The notes under the pieces are model-generated. The model worked only from the letters and a program-made list of their open reading frames with translations. It was not told the DNA's origin and did not search any database. A stretch of DNA of 64,000 bases from Octopus vulgaris. Taxonomy: Eukaryota. Both the position numbers and the translations under genes were made by a program. Location: NCBI GenBank assembly GCA_951406725.2, contig OX597832.1, forward strand, positions 5,394,001-5,458,000, in the 5' to 3' direction. Of this stretch, positions 51,714 through 64,000 are shown piece after piece (position 1 is the first letter of the stretch; each line of letters begins with the position of its first letter).

Positions 51714-52831
51714 TGTGTGTGTGTTTGTGTATGATGTATGTATGCGTGTGTGGACGGATGAGTATGTGTGTATGAGTGTTTTCAATAAATAAATATGTCT
51801 GCGTACGTGTTTAAATTTCTTTTTCTTTGGGGAAAGGATTTTATTTCAAATTTACAAGTAAAAGTTGCAGTAACCCTAGAGATTTCTTTGGACGATTTTT
51901 GTTGTTCTTTTATAATTAAACTGTTCTTTTGAATAACATTAAACATTCCTTGTACACAAGACGATGCTTGAATAATTAACATTTATTGTATTGTTTTATC
52001 TAACCTGTCTATAGGTTTGAAAATTAAGAAGTTTTAGAAGTTTTATCATATCCCAGTGGTCCATCCATATATATATGCATATGTGTGTGTGAGTGTATTC
52101 GTACTTCGCCCATCGTTTGATAGCAGATGTTGGTGTTTTGGCGTCCCCATAACGTAGCGGTTCAGCAAAATAGATCGATAGAATAAGTACTAGGCTTCAA
52201 AAAATAAACTCTGCGGTCGATTCGTTCGACTAAAATTCTTCAAGGCGGTGCCCCAGTATGGCCGCAGTCTTATGACTGAAACAAGTAAAAGACGCCCACC
52301 AAAATGAATAAAAACACACACCTGTGCAGATACGTATACACGCAGAGGTACTCATGCACGCAAAAATACACACACATATGCAGAAAAGGAGACATGTACA
52401 CACGCGCAGAAATACATATACATACTCAAAAATATATATGCTTACACATACGCGGAGAAACAGACATACACACACGCACAGATATAGATGAACACACACA
52501 CGCGCGCGTGCGCGGAGCTAGAAAGAGTTCGTTTGTCATATAGGGATTCAGGGGTTAGAATAATGAAATAATGTAAATTATTCAAGGTATGATAAAAAAT
52601 AGATATGGCACTTCATCGGTGACAACGACGCGTGGCCGGTAATAAAGTCACGGGAAAAAGTCACAATTTTGTCTTGGAAAAAGGTCAGGTAATCAAACAA
52701 AAATATTGAAGTCAGTCACAATTTATTAAAGTACCACAAACAATTATAGTAATAAAACAGAAAGCATTTAAAATCAGTTATTAACTGGCAATATATGATT
52801 TGTACATATTGACAACATTATTTATATAGGA

Positions 52832-53140
52832 GTGGAGGTGCAAATGGCCCAGTGGTTAGGGCAGCGGACTCGCGGTCGGAGGATCGCGGTTTCGATTCCC
52901 AGATCGGGCGTTGTGTGTGTGTGTTTATTGAGCGAAAACACCTAAAAGCTCCACGAGGTTCCGGCAGGGGGTGGTGGCGACCCCTGGTGTACTCTTTCGC
53001 CACAACTTTCTCTCACTCTCTCTTCCTGTTTCTTGAGTAACTCTGTGATGGACTGACGTCCCATTCAGCTGGGAGGAACACATACGCCACAGAAACCGGG
53101 AAACCGGGCTCATGAGCCTAGCTAGGCTTGAAAAGGGCGA
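52832..53140 (+). mobile_element. tRNA-derived SINE family C
   Basis: Homologous to 48882-49185. Confidence 0.9.
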
Positions 53141-54059
53141 CGTTTATCGTTATTTATATATGATAGCATTATATGTGACCTTTTTTCCCTGTAGCTTTTT
53201 TTCGTTTTTTTTTTCTGTGACTTTTATACCTGGATTCCCAGAACGAGGGTTCCAGTTGACCCGATCAAGGGAACAACTTGCTCGAGAAATTAACGTGCAG
53301 GCATCTGATCTCTCCATAGACACGCGTACCCTTAACATAGTTCTCAAGGAAATTCAGCGTGATACAGACTGTGACAAAGCTGGTCCTTTGAAATATAGGT
53401 GCAACTCATTTTTGTCAGCTGAGTGAAAGGGAACAGCGTGAAATAAATCATCTTGCTCAGGGACACAACGCACTGCCAGGTATCGAACTCATAACTTTAC
53501 GATCATGATCCGAATACCCTAACCACGAAGCCATGCACCTTGAACAAGGTACAATAACCGAGAAAAGCAAAGCTGAAAATAATAGCTATACAAATCACAA
53601 ATAACACCTTCAAACGAATCGTGCCTCTTAATCCATTGAACAAAGCATTATTCTTGTTTAACGTTTAGTATATTTACGTGATTTTCCTGTGAATGCGGTG
53701 GTATGTATCAAAGTTTGAGAAAAGAATTTGTGTACTTAAGCGTTGAGAGTACTATTTTGCATAATATCGACATTAATTCATGTATATATGTAAGTATATA
53801 TGTACACATACCACAAACACAAACACACACATGCATATATGTGTATGTATATTTGTATATATATATATTTGCATATAAATATATATATGTATATATATGT
53901 GTATATATATGTATATATATATGTGTATATATATGTATATATATGTATATATATGTGTATATATATGTATATATATATACGTGTGTATATATATGTGTAT
54001 ATATATGTATATATGTATATATATATGTGTATACATATGTGTATATATATATGTATATA

Positions 54060-54106
<47 letters not shown>

Positions 54107-54239
54107 GTATCTATCTATCTATCTATCTATCTGTCTATCTGTTTGTCTGCCTGTCTGTCCGTCCGTATGTATGTATGTTTGTATGCATGTAGTGAATTAG
54201 TTTGTTGATCGAGAATTTCTCGCATTCCTGAAGTGCGTC

Positions 54240-55480
54240 TTTCATCTCTCGCTAGCTTTTGCTGGTCTTCCTCTTCTTTGTTCACCATGATAAGTTTGTC
54301 ACAGAAGAATTTAACCTCTAGCTCCTCCTTGTTATACTAGCTGAGCAGTGACAGTATGAAAGCTTGTGCTTCCATATTGTCTCTGTAAGATGTAGAATAT
54401 CTTGGTGAGATATTTAGACGTAGAGCCTTCTGGTGTATGTGCGTGTGTGTGTGTGTGCGCGCGCGCCATTCAGCGCTTTCTTCAACGGAGCTGTAAGTGT
54501 CCCTATTATCGAATCATGAACGAAAATTGATTCAACTTCGGCTCTGAAGAAGTTTATTTGATTTTCAGCTCCATCTTGGTTCTGTTTTAACAGTGTTGAC
54601 ATATATAGTTTGATTTCCTGGACATTTTCTTCCCCAGAGCGTGCTGGAGGATATTGGCACCTTTTATACGGATCATTCTTTATTGCCAAATCTGCATCTG
54701 TAATTTTCTAGGCGGAGTATCTGTTACTCCTTTTCTGAAAAAGAGTCAAACCTACGTAGTTTTTTGAGTGAAGTACTTTCCTTAGTACATAGTCGAGGTA
54801 TAATGATAAAAAGGTGCGGTACAAGGGTATTGCCGTGTAACAATCTGGCAGTAATCTGAAAAGAGTTTGTGTCTTCGTCACCAGAATGAATTTTAGCTCT
54901 AGTGTTTTGACTCAACTTCATTATAACATTCATTGATTCTGCAGGAATGACATAAGCTAACAACATCTCTTCTTTTTTCTTTCAAGAATCGAATCGAAGT
55001 CTTTTCTGAAAGCTATGAAAGGTAGAACAGCTGGTATATTCTTCTCCTCCACACATTCAGGGATTCGGCTGATTGTAAGTATTTGTCTTATTGTTCATCT
55101 ATTTGGACGAAAGATTTTCTGATTCTTGTAAAAAATTTTCTCAAGCTTCCGCCTAATTCTTTTTACTTGATCAAGCTGTAGATCTTAGCTGTAATTGCAT
55201 TGTGAGTAATATCACGGTAATTTTTAGAAAAAACCAAATCTCCTTTCTTGGGTACTGGAATTATATAATCCTCTCTCCAGCTATATAATGCCCTTTGCTG
55301 GTATACAACACTGTAGGCCTCTAGGACATTGTTAAATTCTTCCGGTTTCCAGACATCTACAGGGATGCCTTACAACCCTTTTGTGTTATCTTCCTGGATT
55401 GATTTGAGGACATCTTGCAGTTCATCGATGGTAAAGAACACTTCTTTATGTCGAGTTCTTCTGGGAAGAACCTAGTTTGA
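54240..55480 (-). mobile_element. Decayed RTE-like LINE RT fragment
   Basis: MLLAYVIP..NTRAKIHSGDEDTNSFQITARLLHGNTLVPHLFII resembles the GVLQGDTLAPFLFII region; IIPVPKKGDL upstream. Confidence 0.8.
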
Positions 55481-56294
55481 CTATAAAGGCAAAATTTGCT
55501 GTATACAAAGCTGTTCTGGTGACTGCATCATTTTATGGTAGTGAAGCGTCGACAGTTTACCAATGATACGCAAAAATATTCAATCACTTTCACCTAACAT
55601 ATCTGCAATAAATTCTCAACACCAAGTGGCATGTTAAAATTCCTAATACTATTGTTTTCGAGAGAGCTAATATATTAAGCATGTATATATTTTAAAGTAA
55701 ATCGCAACTGCAGTGGAGGGGATCGTAGTACGCATGCCCAACTCCAGACACTCAAGAATCCTACTGTGGCCTGGATTCTGCCATTATGTTCCCCTACTAT
55801 AATCATGGATTTTATTTCAACATTGCCTTGATACGTCACCTCAGTAAACACAAAGAGCAAAGCTACTAATCTGATCATATTCAGAGAGATGAATGACGAA
55901 CGTCACGAAAATCAAGCTGAAATATTCCACATCATTGTAGAGATATTAGGACAATCCCCTTTGACATATATTATTCCGTCCAACGGTATTTATTGAATAT
56001 AATCAGTAAGTGCGAAACCGACGTCATTCACTTATCAAGGCTTCTCGTTGCTATTAGATATCAGTGGTGTCCTTCAACTCAAATAGTGGTAGAGATCAGT
56101 GACATTTCGATCGTCATTCACAAACTAAAAGTACTTAACAGGACAAAATACGCATGCCAGCAGAGTTCATCTTTTGTCCATCAAACCGAGTGACTTATAA
56201 CTGCTTTCATGTTACAAACAAATAGCTAAGAAACTTAAGGGTTAGCATTAGCCACACGGCCCACATTAATTATCATGCCAAATCATCAGAGTTA

Positions 56295-56877
56295 ATGTAT
56301 GTATGTATGTATGTATGTATGTATGTATGTATGTATGTATGTATGTATGTATGTATGTATGTACGTACGTACGTACGTACGTATGTATGTATGTATGTAT
56401 GTATGTATGTATGTATGTATGTATGTACGTACTTACGTATGTATGTATGTATGTATGTATGTATGTTTGTATGTTTGTATGTATGTACGTACGTACGTAC
56501 GTATGCATGTATGTACGTATGTTTGTATGTATTTACGTACGTACGTACGTATGTATGTATGTACGTACGAATGTGTGTATGTATGTATGTATGTATGTAT
56601 GTATGTATGTATGTATGTATGTATGTATGTATGTATGTATGTATGTATGTATGTACTTACGTACGTACGTATGTATGTATGTATGTATGTATGTATGTAT
56701 GTATGTATGTATGTATGTATGTATGCATGTATATATGTATGTTTGTATGTATGTACATACGTACATACGTATGCATGTATGTATGTTTGTATGTACGTAC
56801 GTACGTACGTACGTACGTATGTATGTATGTATGTATGTATGTATGTATGTATGTATGTACGTACTTACGTACGTACG

Positions 56878-56911
<34 letters not shown>

Positions 56912-56967
56912 TGTATGTATGTATGTATGTATGTATGTATGTATGTACGTTCTTACGTACGTACGTA

Positions 56968-57003
<36 letters not shown>

Positions 57004-57060
57004 TGTATGTATGTATGTATGTATGTATGTATGTATGCGCGCGTGTGTGTATGTATGTAT
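56295..57060. repeat. Long (TATG)n/(TACG)n compound microsatellite
   Basis: Direct reading. Confidence 0.97.
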
Positions 57061-57203
57061 TACATATGCATGTGTGTATGTGTACATATAAATAGGCAGA
57101 ACTATCTGGTTAAGAAGTTTGCTTTGCAATCTTGAGCGAGTATCTTCTACTATAGCTCCAGGCTGGCAAACACCTTGTGAATGGATTTGGTAGACGGGAA
57201 CAG

Positions 57204-57269
<66 letters not shown>

Positions 57270-57370
57270 CTGTGTGTGTATAATAATATGACAACAAAAG
57301 AATGAATGATACCTCGATATTATGTAAATAGAGGAATTTTTCTATAATATATGTGAGAGTCGGTTGCCAT

Positions 57371-57431
57371 AATAAAACTCAGAGTTTCCGATGCCGGGGT
57401 AGAAGTCTGGTCCGGCATCTCATCAGTTATT
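57371..57431 (-). ncRNA. Type I hammerhead ribozyme motif
   Basis: AATAA-CTGATGA-GATGCCGG/13 nt/CCGGCATC-g-GAAA-CTCTGAG-TT-TTATT; 5-bp stem I, 8-bp stem II. Confidence 0.8.
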
Positions 57432-57451
57432 AAGACAAACAAAAATGCATT

Positions 57452-57568
<117 letters not shown>

Positions 57569-58685
57569 GGAATGGAACAGGTAAAACGCGGAGTTCTATC
57601 GTTTCATAGCGGTCAGATTATGGAAATTGTCTTTGATTTCAATATGTGACGAAGTGTGTAACTCACAATGTTAAGAAACTCGTTTTATAGTATTGCCCAC
57701 CTTTTGTCGAAGTTTACTAACTTCCTGCACTGCACTTCGGTCCCTGGATCGGACTCATCTATTATATATATATTTATATATATTTCATATATTTATATTT
57801 TTAAAATATATATGTATGTATGTATGAATGTGCGTGCATGTGCGTGTGCGTGTGTATGTGGAAGTGCGTGGCTTTGTGGTCAGAGCGTTGGACTCATGAA
57901 AGTAAGATTGCAGTTTCTATTCCTGGACCGGGCGATGCGTTACGTTCATTCCACGTCGCTTCAGTCTACTCAGCTGACAAAAATGAGTAACACTGCGATG
58001 GACCTGTGAGATAAGAAACGTTTGAATCTCTTCATATGATGCAATATGGTGAGTCTGTTTTAGCACCTATAAACTAACAGTTTAAAAAAAATTCTTTTAT
58101 GTAGTTTTTATGTCCTACAATTTGTGGGTTTTCAGCTGAATAAAACTTACCAGTAATGGACTGTTACATATTTGTGACATAAATTCATTTCTATATTATT
58201 AAAACATTTGCTTCAAAACAATCTTTTAAACAGATGTGCGTAGACCAGAAGGCTGCTTGAAACACAAAGTATCTTGAGTCGAAAAAGAAGACTAATTTTA
58301 TCTTATCTGATTTAAACTTTTGCTTTGAGCTATACAGTTTATATTCTCTATTCTAACAAAGTTGACACACTATATTTACGAAAAGGAAAGTCGACTGTTT
58401 ACTTAGATGCATTCGCAGATGTCTGTACATAATAAAGACGTGTTGACCTTCTGAGTTAAGTATATTGCTAGGTCTTTATTTCTATTCTGCTTTAATTGTA
58501 AACAAGCTGAATGTGTTTTTCTACTGTTTTAGTTCACTTCATTTACAGTTTCTCTCAGTCGATTCAAATTTTTATATAACCACTGAGAAAACTATGAATG
58601 TTATGAGATTCAGACTCTTGTTTATATACAAATGCCTATCGCTGGAAGGTATGAGTTGACCTTCCTTTCTCTATTAATATGAAGA

Positions 58686-58755
<70 letters not shown>

Positions 58756-59080
58756 AAATGCGAACATATGTAGCACGACTCCGGCTAAGTTTTGAACCAC
58801 AACTCTCAGATTTTCCCAGTTTAGAACCATGAGCTAATGTGCCTCCATAAAAGAAAAGAAGTGTCGTCAAAAAGCCTAAGTGAATATGAGTCGACTTCAC
58901 GCTTCAAAGTAACAATTTTTCCGTCGAACAGTTTGATAGAAGATTCTAGAATTGGCTTACAGTTATAAAAGCTGGCAAATTCAAGCTCAGGCCTGAGAGC
59001 CACTAGGTCGTCTGGGAAAATCTTTGTCACTCGTTACTGTGAGCTGGTCTCTGTCTCTCTCTCTTTTTCTCTCTCTCTTC

Positions 59081-59115
<35 letters not shown>

Positions 59116-59179
59116 TCTTCTTCACTGTTCTTAAATAATATGCATATGTTGTGCTAGACAAAAAGCATCAAACATTACG

Positions 59180-60407
59180 TATATTTACTTATTTTCCTTT
59201 ATTTACTTATTCATCTCTCTATTTTCCCCCATTTCATCTTTAGGTTTTTCAGAGGTACAGCCCCCTAAAAACCCCCTGCGTATTATTCCAGTTTAACGGA
59301 GGATTTGTGTTCGCGGAGAGTGTTGGCGAAATTCTCCCCCAAGATGCTGGCGGACATAAAGCTAAAGATCAGTGAAAAAGAATGCCTACGCTGAACTATT
59401 GAGAAATCTAGAATTATTCCATCCAGATTACAAGTTCGGGTTTATACTTGTAATTGTTAGGGCCCTGGAATATGTAACACCGTATGTCTCATTTTTTCCT
59501 CCCATTCTGTCTTTAGTCGTCATGTTACTTAGTTTGGTGGTGATGTGTGTTATTGTTCCATTCGTGCTTTCTGTTGAGGTTCGGTCTCTATATTACTATC
59601 TCTATTTGTAATCTGTCTAAGTGTCATGTCTGTTTTATGCGTTGATAATACCTTAACTTCTATGTTATTAACTGAACCCCTACGTTCTAATTGAAAATGT
59701 TGATAGATCACTAACGAGCCTTTCTCCTCTTTGAGCTCCCGCCAGTGTACAGCTATATTACGTGCTGTCTCACCATTGTAAGTTGCCTTGTTTCTGCAGC
59801 GTCCCTCAGTACACTGTATGCTACACTCCTAATCTTGCAGTTAAACTGTGGGTTGATCCATCCTGCATACTATACATTTGTTCTCCGTACACAGGGGCTT
59901 TCGACTGGACATGTCCTACAGATCAAGGATTTTACGGGGGTTCCTGGCTTTTCTACTACTTCAGTCCGTAGATTTACCTTATCTAATGTTTTCCTAAAAA
60001 GATATGTATGCAGTTCTCTAGCTACAGCCAAAGGGAAAGAATTAGAGTGTACATAGGTCGGTCTAAGTACAAGGCTATCATAAAGATTGATGCAAATGGG
60101 ATCTGCCTGCTATAAGGAGTAAATCTTGGAACAGCATAGAAAGGCCCAAGAAAAAGAGAGGTAAGTCCAAATCATGGTATGACAATCAAATATACCAGTG
60201 TCATGTTAATGCTACCCCTGGCGGCGAACTAGCAAATACGACATAGTAATAGACAGACTGAGCCTTAACAGAAACACGAATGGAACAATAACATCCACCA
60301 CCACCACCACCATCACCACCACACTACAGAACATGACGACTAGAGACAGAACAGGAGAAGAATGAGACAAAGATACAAACAGATAAAAGCAGTGTAATAC
60401 ATTAACC

Positions 60408-60445
<38 letters not shown>

Positions 60446-60545
60446 ACACACATACACATACTTAAGATGGAATGGGGTAAAATAGAAAGATGATTAAGTA
60501 AATGAATAAATAAATAAATAGATAAATAAATAGTATATATATATA
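59180..60545 (-). mobile_element. Rearranged Penelope-like element (GIY-YIG on minus, RT C-terminus inverted)
   Basis: Minus 59998-59540: FRKTLDKVNLRTEVVEKPG..CIVC..YNGETAR..LRQIT..PNLNRKHEW; plus 59999-60237: MQFSSYSQRER..KSKSWY..ATPGGELAN; terminal repeat inverted at 60235-60545. Confidence 0.75.
59239..59482. other. Templated insertion chain from three nearby loci
   Basis: 59239-59286 = 62931-62978; 59285-59355 = rc(63267-63337); 59354-59482 = 61482-61610. Confidence 0.9.
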
Positions 60546-60664
60546 TATATATGTAAAGGGCGCGAATACAAACAGTACAGGAAGCAACCCATGTACACTC
60601 ACAAAACACACATGCTAAAGAGATACAGACGAGTACACACACACAGAGACTCTAGCTTCCTCTT

Positions 60665-60731
<67 letters not shown>

Positions 60732-61139
60732 GATGCCACTGCATGCGCAGATAGGGATACATACCATAGAAAAATAGAATAGTCTAAACATACATAAACA
60801 CAGATACACACCGTATGTATGTGTCTATGTATGTATGTATGTGATTACACACGCTTGCATGCGTGCGTGCACGCACATTTACAGGCAAAATCGAAAAAGA
60901 ATAAAGAAAATTGTTTAAATCGTTTCATTCCTTATGACAGTTTCAACAAAAGAAATATAATTTCACTTTATCATGAAAATGTTAGATTTAAAGGGATAAT
61001 TAAATTTAAAACTCTCATAAGTACTCACAACATAGAAAATAATGATAAGAAGGGAAGCTTGATGAGATAAACAGGCTGTCACAAATCATAACTGAAAAAG
61101 ATAAAAATATGAAGTTTCATTTACTCAGAATAGTTCAGT

Positions 61140-61890
61140 AGTTTTAAGAAGGATATATGTTGGTACAGGTGAACTCGGAAAATGAAAGTTACATCAAAAG
61201 AAACGTTTACAATTATGAAAATAACGTAAAGGCAATAGTGACAAAGGATATAGTATGCATACATACATATAATGAGATCTGTCGGAAGGATAACTCCGGG
61301 GAGAAAGTAATGAGAACCCACTGTATAGTGGAAGCCATAACCACTCATAATAAAAGGGGGTACAAGTGGAATGTCCTAGTGAAATCTCAATAAAATGTGA
61401 ACATAATAGACCTGACATAGTGACTGAGGACAGAGAAGAGAAACTGTAGAGTTGCGGAAATCAGCAACCCAACGGATGTTAACATAAAGCTAAAGATCAG
61501 TGAAAAAGAATGCCTACGCTGAACTATTGAGAAATCTAGAATTACTCCATCCACATTACAAGTTCGGGTTTATACTTGTAATTGTTAGGGCCCTGGAATA
61601 TGTAACACCGCCTAAATACCAGTCTTGAGAAATTAGGCTACTCAAAACAAGAGAGAAAGCTGATTCGAAGACTACAGATCCAAGCCATCACCGGAACTGT
61701 AAAAATCTGTAAAACTTTTCAGAAGTTTAGCATTTAAGTATATATATATGAGCATGTCTAGACATGCAACTATATGCATGAGAATACATACATAAAACAA
61801 GGAATACAAATCTGCATATATATACATACATGCATTCAGGCATCAATACATACATACATACATACATACATACATACATACATACATACA
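61140..61890 (+). mobile_element. 3' fragment of RLE-type LINE (same family as 6143-6985)
   Basis: YNEICRKDN..IVEAITTHNK..HNRPDIV..TGTVKICKTFQKF; ends in (TACA)n. Confidence 0.85.
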
Positions 61891-61929
61891 TAGGAAACAA
61901 GCAGGCATTTGACACTGTGCTTCATCCAA

Positions 61930-62300
61930 GGGTGCTAGAATCGCTATACCTTGCCAAAGCACTCATTAATGTCGTTGAAAGACTAATCACATGGTTCACA
62001 CATTGATCCCTAACAACTGAAACAACACCTATAGTCACAAAAGGAATTAGGTTATCAGCGGGAATATTCCAGGGTGATAGTTTATCTGTAATGTTTGTAC
62101 TGACAGTGAACTCGTTGTCAGCCCTGTTAACGAAATGCCAAGGCTATATGCTGAGATATGCAGAAAATAATAAAATTAATATCACCCACACATTTTTTGT
62201 TGATGACCTAAAGTTTTATCGTGGTAACATGAACACCATCAAAGCAATTAGAACACGTCACAACTTTCTCACAGACCATAGAAATATGTCATAGCCAAAG
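61930..62300 (+). mobile_element. RT fragment of R4/Dong-like LINE
   Basis: GIFQGDSLS..VNSLS..ITHTFFVDDLKFY. Confidence 0.8.
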
Positions 62301-62390
62301 GAAGAAAGATTGTCGTCAGTCTATTTGCGTATCTGTAAAAATTTGTATGACTTTCTAAAGGTTCTTCACCTGAGATACTTTAAAGGAGTA

Positions 62391-63836
62391 TAAGGTGCGT
62401 TCAAAAAGTATCTGACTTCATTTTTCCTGTCAAAATGAATGCCGCATAAGCAAAATCCTTTGGCTGAGAAGGGAATTCACTTTTCCTTCGTACCGTAAAT
62501 CCTCGAGTATAATCCGCATTTTCTCCCCAAAATTTAAAGGTCAAAATCCCTAGTGCGTACTATATACGAGGCTAAAAATGAAAATTATTTTCTAAGCAAT
62601 GTCCAAGTCTCTATTTGCTGCCCGGCAATGCTTATTCAGACGCATTTTGTGGTGTCGGGTGCGAAAATACCTTAAGCTAAGCCAGTAAGCAATGAAGTCA
62701 TAAAAGAATCATTCATAACATGCAGTAAGCAACATTTATTAAATGTTATTACTGTTATTACTGTTATTTCTTTATTTTCTGCAAACAAAATGCACAAAAA
62801 AGCTACACGTTTGCATTATGTTATATATACAATAATAATAAAGGACGTTACCGTATAGTTTTACAAACCAAGGACGTTATATAGACCTCCTTGACTCAAG
62901 TTAGAGAAGGGGTGCGTATTATACACAAGGTTTAGGTTTTTCAGAGGTACAGCCCCCTAAAAATCCCCTGCGTATTATACTCAAGGGCGGACTATACTCG
63001 AGGATTTACGGTATACGCGTAAATTTTCGCGCCGGTAGGATGCATCATTTCCCGGTTAGAATACACTTAGAGTATTACACCTAGAGTACAGACGTGTGGT
63101 GCGCGCTAGTCGGATTTCCGTTTACACGTAATTTGACCGAACGCGTCAAGCAGAGACCATAAACATATGCTTCATCACCAGTGATGATGGTTTTTATGAA
63201 GTATGAGTCGTGGCTTGCACAGTCCAACATAGCCTGAGTGATTTCCATGCGGAGTTGCTTCTCCTGGTCCGCCAGCATCTTGGGGGCGAATTTCGCCAAC
63301 ACTCTCCGCGAACACAAATCCTCCGTTAAACTGGAATGCACTGATCCTGTGCTTGCTCCCACTTCGTGTGCAGTTTCCTGGATTATTATAAGACGATCTT
63401 GCATGATTGCTCGATCCTTGTTTCGGTTCCTTGCTTCGGCTGGTGGATGGCATGCCTGAGAGTGTCTCGCCCTCCACTGAGGCGCGGCCGTGCTTGAAGC
63501 GGTTGTACCACTCCGTGATCTGAGTTTTGCTCATGGCATCATCGCCAAAGGCCTGCTGAATCTTCTGGATGGTTTGAACTAGAGTATCACAAAGCTTTTA
63601 GCTAAACTTGATGCAATATCTCTGCTCGATGTGTTCGGTGAAAACGAAAATCCTACGAACACGCACTACACGCTTGTACTCTAGGTGTGACAGCCGGGAA
63701 CTGGCACAGCCTACCAAAGCAAACACTTTCAAGCGCGCGCAGGAAGGGTGACGTCACTTTTTAACCAAAGGATTTTGACAACCTGGTACTAGTTTGATGG
63801 GGAAAATAAAGTCTGATAGTTTTTGAATGCACCTCG
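62391..63836 (-). mobile_element. Internally deleted mariner element
   Basis: TA flanks, ~45-bp imperfect TIRs; EQRYCIKF..WYNRFKHGR..AKFAPKML..IITGDEAYVYG. Confidence 0.92.
62493..63011. mobile_element. TA-TSD MITE (Tc2/pogo-like) nested in the mariner
   Basis: TA-CCGTAAATCCTCGAGTATA ... TATACTCGAGGATTTACGG-TA; subterminal gcgtattatac repeats. Confidence 0.92.
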
Positions 63837-64000
63837 TATCTGCATACACACTTGGTTGTATGCACCCACAAAGACACATATGTAAAATGTAATGAGGCAC
63901 ACACATAACGCGCACACACACACCGATACCTAAATGTTAAAGAGACATTTTCACACAGAACATAAGTCGTTTTAACTCAAACAGCCTTGTCACTTTGTTT

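Noticed and set aside
60340-60385. ATGA..AA..GA as a SECIS in the PLE 3' region
   Set aside because: The required helix cannot form.

Overview
Eukaryotic, AT-rich, microsatellite-saturated non-coding DNA. The SINE families and (TA)n/(TATG)n/(CA)n density suggest an octopod cephalopod (inference). I found no intact protein-coding gene, and most ORFs in the track are translated microsatellites. The window is a transposon graveyard: three tRNA-type SINE families, RTE and R4/Dong-type LINE relics, Tc1/mariner and hAT relics or MITEs, Helitrons and Penelope-like elements (PLEs). One CpG-rich promoter-like island lies at about 4.4-4.8 kb. The most notable signals are four: (1) eight sequence-unrelated minimal type I hammerhead ribozyme motifs, plus two families with a recurrent non-canonical core, in short elements mostly beside (TA)n tracts; (2) a recurring asymmetric fold-back architecture of these elements, one of which duplicated 104 bp of host flank in inverted orientation and folds back exactly at the ribozyme core; (3) a 244-bp insertion stitched from three nearby templates via microhomologies; (4) a PLE with twin-priming-like inversion geometry. 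All alignments and folds were done by eye, and element boundaries are approximate.
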